Origin: a virus
Lineage: Duplodnaviria > Caudoviricetes
DNA length: 38,514 nucleotides
Reading direction: 5' to 3' (one strand)
IMG/VR virus record: IMGVR_UViG_3300037834_000037
Coordinates: 1-38,514 of that record
Below, in pieces: positions 34,777 to 38,514 of the stretch. Both the position numbers and the translations under genes were made by a program. The notes beneath the pieces were generated by a model. That model did not search any database. It was given only the letters and a program-made list of their open reading frames with translations, and had not been told where the DNA came from. How positions within the stretch are numbered: position 1 is the stretch's first letter; every line of letters begins with the position of its first letter.

Positions 34777-35439
34777 ATGCATCGCATCGACACCGCCGGC
34801 CATGACGACGGCCTGTTCCAGGACGGCACGCCACAGCTGGGCCAGCAGGGCACGATCATGGACGCCGACTGGGCCAACGGCGTCCAGGAGAACATCTGCG
34901 GCGTCATCGAGGGCGCGGGGATCGCCCTGGCGAAGGGTGCCAACGAGCAGCTGAAGGACGCCATTTCGGCGATGATCTCGACGGCCTTCTCGCTGGCGCT
35001 GCCGGTGGGGATGAGGGTGGAGTTCTTGGGCCCCGTGCCCGAGGTCGGCTTCATGGTCCCGAACGGGGCGCAGCATCTGCGCGCAGATTTTCCAGAGCTG
35101 GTCGCTTATTGGAGCGCCGCCGGGCTGCTGATCGCCGGCGACACACCGGAGCAGTTCCGGGCGCCGATGCACGAGGGCTATTTCAGCCGGGCAACGTCGA
35201 CGGACGACACGATCGACCCGGACGGTCCGCGTGGGCCGGGCGACGTCCAGGCCGACGAGATCAAGTCGCACCTCCACCAGGTTCAGCCGCCCGCATCGAC
35301 CGACGACACGGCCCAAGGCTCGACGTCCACGGGCACCGGCGGCGCGGAGACCATCGCGCCCTACAACACCGCGTCGACGGGAGGCTTGGAGACCCGGCCG
35401 AAGAACGTGGCGCACAACTGGGCCTATGTGGCCCGGTGA
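34777..35439 (+). CDS. Short tail fibre protein (Mu gpS-like N-terminus plus collar domain)
   Basis: MHRID...F.DG.P...GT...ADW.N.VQE; PVG...NG......FPEL; Q.DEIKSH.H; ETRPKNVA. Confidence 0.88.
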   Translation: MHRIDTAGHDDGLFQDGTPQLGQQGTIMDADWANGVQENICGVIEGAGIALAKGANEQLKDAISAMISTAFSLALPVGMRVEFLGPVPEVGFMVPNGAQHLRADFPELVAYWSAAGLLIAGDTPEQFRAPMHEGYFSRATSTDDTIDPDGPRGPGDVQADEIKSHLHQVQPPASTDDTAQGSTSTGTGGAETIAPYNTASTGGLETRPKNVAHNWAYVAR

Positions 35440-35444
35440 CACTA

Positions 35445-35560
35445 CCCCCTCGGAGACGAGGGGGGTGACGGGGTTGCAGCCCCATCACCAGCCGGCGGAC
35501 ACCGGCACCCGGACCAGGCGCGCCTGGTCCAAGTCCCCCCACCGGGCGCACCGGCGAGGG
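35445..35560 (+). promoter_or_regulatory. Highly structured leader upstream of com
   Basis: Four stem-loops, including CCCCCTCG-GAGA-CGAGGGGG and a perfect 20-bp palindrome at 35511-35530. Confidence 0.55.
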
Positions 35561-35578
35561 TATCAGTGAGCAGAATCG

Positions 35579-35788
35579 TTGAGGGAGTCGATCCGATGCG
35601 GCGCGTGTTGCGCGCTGCTGTTCAAGGCCCAGCCATCGGCGTTGGCGGGTGTTATAGAGATCAAGTGCCGCAGGTGCGGCGCGCTGAATGTCCTGAGGCC
35701 CCAGAGCCCCCAACCGACCGCCCATCGAGCGGCCGAAAGGAGCGGCCCTTGTGGCTCTATGTCCCCCCGACCAATCCGGCCCGGATGA
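35579..35788 (+). CDS. com: Com-family zinc-finger translational activator
   Basis: IRCGACCALLFK...IEIKCRRCGALN Com signature at the Mu com/mom position. Confidence 0.9.
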   Translation: MRESIRCGACCALLFKAQPSALAGVIEIKCRRCGALNVLRPQSPQPTAHRAAERSGPCGSMSPRPIRPG

Positions 35789-36683
35789 TTTCCGAGGCCT
35801 TTCCCTGTGCGCCGGCTACGGAGGTCTCGACCTCGGCCTTCACATCGCCGAGCCCGGCTATCGAACTGTGGGTTACGTCGAGCGGGAAGCCCACGCCGCG
35901 GCCACTCTCGTGGCCCGGATGGAAGACGCGGCCCTGGCTCCGGCGCCTGTCTGGGACGATCTGCGATCCTTCGACGGCCGACCGTGGCGCGGCCGCGTGG
36001 ATCTCCTCTCTGCCGGTTATCCCTGCCAGCCCTTCAGCCAGGCCGGCCACCGACGGGGAGCCGATGATCCCCGCCACCTCTGGCCGACCGTCGCCCGCAT
36101 CATCGACGAGGTCGCCCCGGAATGGGTCTTCCTCGAAAACGTCGCCGGCCACGTCACCCTGGGACTTAGGGACGTCGCCTCAGACCTTCGCGGCCTGGGC
36201 TACGGCGTCCGGGCGGGCCTGTTCACGGCGGCTGAAGCGGGCGCGCCGCATCTTCGGCGGCGGCTCTTCATACTGGCCCACGCCGACGGCGGCCGACGCG
36301 GGCTACTTTCCCGACGTGACCATCGACCAGACCCTGTCGTTCAAGGGGCCGTTCGACATCACCGAGGGGAGCGGGGGGCAGTTCTCCCTGGACAACGCGA
36401 CCCGGGTTTGGACGCTACTGTGGCGCATCCTGAAGGCCTTGGGGCTGGACCCCGCGACAGCGACGACAGCGTCTTCGTTCCCCATCCGGATCAGCTTCCG
36501 GAGTGGGCAGGGCTCCTCGCTCGCCGGCCTGAACTCCAACCCGCTCTTCTACGAGGGGATTATGGGATGGCCGACCGACTGGACCGCACCAGAGGGGCGG
36601 GTAACGGGGTTTGCAGCCTGGCTGCAGCGATCGCGTGGACGACACTTAAAGGCGCTTTCAGCGACCGATTAAGGGCCGTTTGA
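35751..36683 (+). CDS. C5 cytosine DNA methyltransferase (alpha polypeptide)
   Basis: Motif I SLCAGYGG, IV GYPCQPFS, VI ENV, VIII H.R.RLF, X GNGV; AAGGAG RBS at 35737-35742. Confidence 0.93.
   Translation: MALCPPDQSGPDDFRGLSLCAGYGGLDLGLHIAEPGYRTVGYVEREAHAAATLVARMEDAALAPAPVWDDLRSFDGRPWRGRVDLLSAGYPCQPFSQAGHRRGADDPRHLWPTVARIIDEVAPEWVFLENVAGHVTLGLRDVASDLRGLGYGVRAGLFTAAEAGAPHLRRRLFILAHADGGRRGLLSRRDHRPDPVVQGAVRHHRGERGAVLPGQRDPGLDATVAHPEGLGAGPRDSDDSVFVPHPDQLPEWAGLLARRPELQPALLRGDYGMADRLDRTRGAGNGVCSLAAAIAWTTLKGAFSDRLRAV
35785..36672 (+). CDS. Putative overlapping-frame beta polypeptide of the methyltransferase (TRD plus motif IX); start uncertain (35566, 35785 or 36064)
   Basis: Long open alternative frame with WPTPTAAD and NPLFYEGIMGWPTDWT (motif IX-like); ATG overlaps the com stop (ATGA). 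Confidence 0.62.
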   Translation: MISEAFPCAPATEVSTSAFTSPSPAIELWVTSSGKPTPRPLSWPGWKTRPWLRRLSGTICDPSTADRGAAAWISSLPVIPASPSARPATDGEPMIPATSGRPSPASSTRSPRNGSSSKTSPATSPWDLGTSPQTFAAWATASGRACSRRLKRARRIFGGGSSYWPTPTAADAGYFPDVTIDQTLSFKGPFDITEGSGGQFSLDNATRVWTLLWRILKALGLDPATATTASSFPIRISFRSGQGSSLAGLNSNPLFYEGIMGWPTDWTAPEGRVTGFAAWLQRSRGRHLKALSATD

Positions 36684-36731
36684 AGGTCTGGGCGCGCCAC
36701 CCTATCTGTCGCCCTTCGCAAGGAGCACGAC

Positions 36732-37217
36732 ATGATCATCGACGGCGGCATCACAGGCGGCGCGCCCGCCAAGGCGGGAGACTTTGCGACGGCCCTCTAT
36801 GGAGGCCAGGCCCTCGTCGGCTTCATCGTTGAGGACGGGCAGGGGGTCATGTTCCTCAGTCTGACGCAGGTGATGGAGGACGAGCCTGCGCCCTTCGTCA
36901 TTGATCTCGACCAGCTGGAGACAGCTCCCCGCGCGATCGCCGGCGACGTCGTGATCGAGCCTGCAGCCGGCCCGTTCGGCTGGACCGCCGTGGATTATCG
37001 CTCTTCGGGCGTGTTGATCGTCCTCCCGGATGGCCGGCTGGGGATCTCAGTGAAGTTCAGGCAGACGATCGCCCGATCGGTCTTGTTGTTCTTCGACCTC
37101 CGCACGGGCCAGCAGCTGACGTCGGCGTCGGGCGCGTCCGGGGTCGCCGAATGGAAGCTGAAGTGGCGAGCTCCGTGGCATACGGACGCGGTCGAGGTCG
37201 TCAGTTTCGGACGCTGA
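36732..37217 (+). CDS. Hypothetical cargo protein at the prophage right end
   Basis: AAGGAG RBS; 161-aa beta-rich ORF ending 4 bp before the end repeats. Confidence 0.75.
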   Translation: MIIDGGITGGAPAKAGDFATALYGGQALVGFIVEDGQGVMFLSLTQVMEDEPAPFVIDLDQLETAPRAIAGDVVIEPAAGPFGWTAVDYRSSGVLIVLPDGRLGISVKFRQTIARSVLLFFDLRTGQQLTSASGASGVAEWKLKWRAPWHTDAVEVVSFGR

Positions 37218-37220
37218 GTG

Positions 37221-37267
37221 CTCCAGAACCTCTTGTCCCAGACTCCAGCCGCTTTTGTCCCGCTACA
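37221..37267. repeat. Prophage right end (attR): two transposase-binding repeats plus terminal CA
   Basis: CTCCAGaaccTCTTGTCCC (37221-37239) and CTCCAGccgcTTTTGTCCC (37243-37261), 22-bp period, then GCTACA. Confidence 0.8.
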
Positions 37268-37318
37268 CGCGGTCCCCTCTACGCCAGAAACGGTCGTAGT
37301 CAGACCCGCGCCGGAAAA

Positions 37319-37350
37319 GAACATATTGGCAACCGGAACAAACCGTGCAC
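37319..37350 (+). promoter_or_regulatory. Two tandem alphaproteobacterial SOS boxes in the recA promoter
   Basis: GAAC-atattgg-CAAC (37319-37333) and GAAC-aaaccgt-GCAC (37336-37350) versus the GAAC-N7-GAAC consensus. Confidence 0.8.
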
Positions 37351-37434
37351 ATAGTCGCCTCACAGACAGGGGGCGGGTCCATGGCGGGTCTCTCCCGGAA
37401 CCAGATGGGAATCATGGCAAGGGAGACCAAGGCG

Positions 37435-38514
37435 ATGGCACAGGCGGCTTTGAAACTGGTGGGCAAGGAAGACGGCGACAAGGCGCGGGCTCTGGAGGCG
37501 GCGATCGCCCAGATCGACCGGGCCTTCGGCAAGGGCTCGGTGATGAAGCTGGGCAAGGCCGGCGTCGTGGCCGAGATCGAGAGCGTCTCGACCGGCTCCC
37601 TGGGCCTCGACATGGCGCTGGGCATCGGCGGCCTGCCAAAGGGGCGGGTGATCGAGGTGTTCGGCCCGGAAAGCTCCGGCAAGACCACCCTGGCCCTGCA
37701 CACCGTGGCCGAGGTGCAGAAGTCGGGCGGCGTCGCCGCCTTCGTCGACGCCGAGCACGCGCTGGATCCGGTCTATGCCCAGAAGTTGGGCGTGAACCTG
37801 GACGACCTGCTGGTGTCCCAGCCCGACAACGGCGAACAGGCGCTCGAGATCGTCGACACCCTGGTGCGCTCCGGCGCGGTGGACATCGTGGTCATCGACT
37901 CCGTCGCCGCCCTGACGCCCAAGGCCGAGATCGAGGGCGAGATGGGCGACAGCCTGCCCGGCCTGCAGGCCCGCCTCATGTCCCAGGCCCTGCGCAAGCT
38001 GACGGCCTCGATCAGCCGCTCGAACTGCATCGTCCTGTTCATCAACCAGATCCGCCACAAGATCGGGGTGATGTACGGCTCGCCCGAGACGACCACCGGC
38101 GGCAATGCGCTGAAATTCTACGCCTCGGTCCGCCTCGACATCCGCCGCACTGGCGCGATCAAGAACCGCGACGAGGTGGTGGGCAACACCACCCGGGTGA
38201 AGGTGGTCAAGAACAAGGTCGCCCCGCCGTTCCGGGAGGTCATCTTCGACATCATGTACGGCGAGGGCATCTCCAAGATCGGCGAGATCATCGACCTGGG
38301 GGTCAAGGCCGGCATCATCGAGAAGTCGGGCAGCTGGTTCAGCCACGACTCCACCCGCATCGGTCAGGGCCGCGAGAACGTGCGCGACTTCCTCAAGGCC
38401 AATCCCGACGTGGCGGCCACGATCGAGAAACAGGTGCGCCAGTCGACCACCAAGATCGCCGAGGAACTGCTGGGCACGCCCGAGCCTGACGAGGGTCAGG
38501 ACCTGGAGGGCTGA
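37435..38514 (+). CDS. recA: Recombinase RecA (host gene)
   Basis: [47 protein letters not shown]; likely start [12 protein letters not shown] with AGGGAG RBS. Confidence 0.99.
   Translation: MAQAALKLVGKEDGDKARALEAAIAQIDRAFGKGSVMKLGKAGVVAEIESVSTGSLGLDMALGIGGLPKGRVIEVFGPESSGKTTLALHTVAEVQKSGGVAAFVDAEHALDPVYAQKLGVNLDDLLVSQPDNGEQALEIVDTLVRSGAVDIVVIDSVAALTPKAEIEGEMGDSLPGLQARLMSQALRKLTASISRSNCIVLFINQIRHKIGVMYGSPETTTGGNALKFYASVRLDIRRTGAIKNRDEVVGNTTRVKVVKNKVAPPFREVIFDIMYGEGISKIGEIIDLGVKAGIIEKSGSWFSHDSTRIGQGRENVRDFLKANPDVAATIEKQVRQSTTKIAEELLGTPEPDEGQDLEG

Larger units (their letters stand above)
1..37267 (+). mobile_element. Mu-like transposable prophage (contractile tail); left end outside window
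   Basis: Complete Mu-type gene order (repressor/ner, DDE transposase, AAA ATPase, GemA, Mor, gp27-gp48 homologues, Com); ends in tandem repeats plus CA just before the recA promoter. Confidence 0.96.

Noticed and set aside
35440-37217. mom gene or gin-type invertible tail-fibre cassette
   Set aside because: No Mom-like or serine-invertase ORF and no flanking inverted repeats seen
37345-37434. N-terminal extension of RecA given in the ORF track
   Set aside because: Starts within the SOS boxes; the ATG at 37435 has an RBS and matches typical RecA length
37218-38489. 423-aa ORF overlapping recA in another frame
   Set aside because: Arg/Gly/Pro-rich frame-shadow that crosses attR and the recA promoter
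1-38514. CRISPR array, tRNA/rRNA genes, reverse transcriptase or diversity-generating retroelement
   Set aside because: No regularly spaced repeat-spacer units, no tRNA-like cloverleaf, no RT motifs and no template/variable repeat pair noticed by eye

Overview
Almost the whole window (1 to about 37267) is a GC-rich, apparently intact Mu-like transposable prophage with a contractile tail. It is inserted just upstream of the host recA gene, whose N-terminus suggests a Caulobacteraceae (Brevundimonas/Caulobacter-like) host. Gene order: S24-type repressor, ner, ParB-like gene, MuA/MuB, an accessory early region (GcrA-like domain, truncated LexA, GemA), Mor/C activator, lysis cassette, terminase, portal, a two-gene fibre/SGNH insertion, MuF with a nuclease-like extension, protease/scaffold, capsid, tail, baseplate, short fibre, and Com followed by a C5 DNA methyltransferase in place of mom. 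The right end (two 19-bp repeats plus terminal CA at 37267) is visible; the left end lies outside the window. Most notable: (1) a non-cleavable LexA DNA-binding protein in a RecA-inducible phage sitting about 50 bp from the recA SOS boxes; (2) a Com-controlled methyltransferase apparently split over two overlapping reading frames; (3) GcrA-like modules and GANTC sites at regulatory positions; (4) a fibre plus SGNH esterase cassette inside the head operon. All family assignments come from motif recognition by eye, not database searches.
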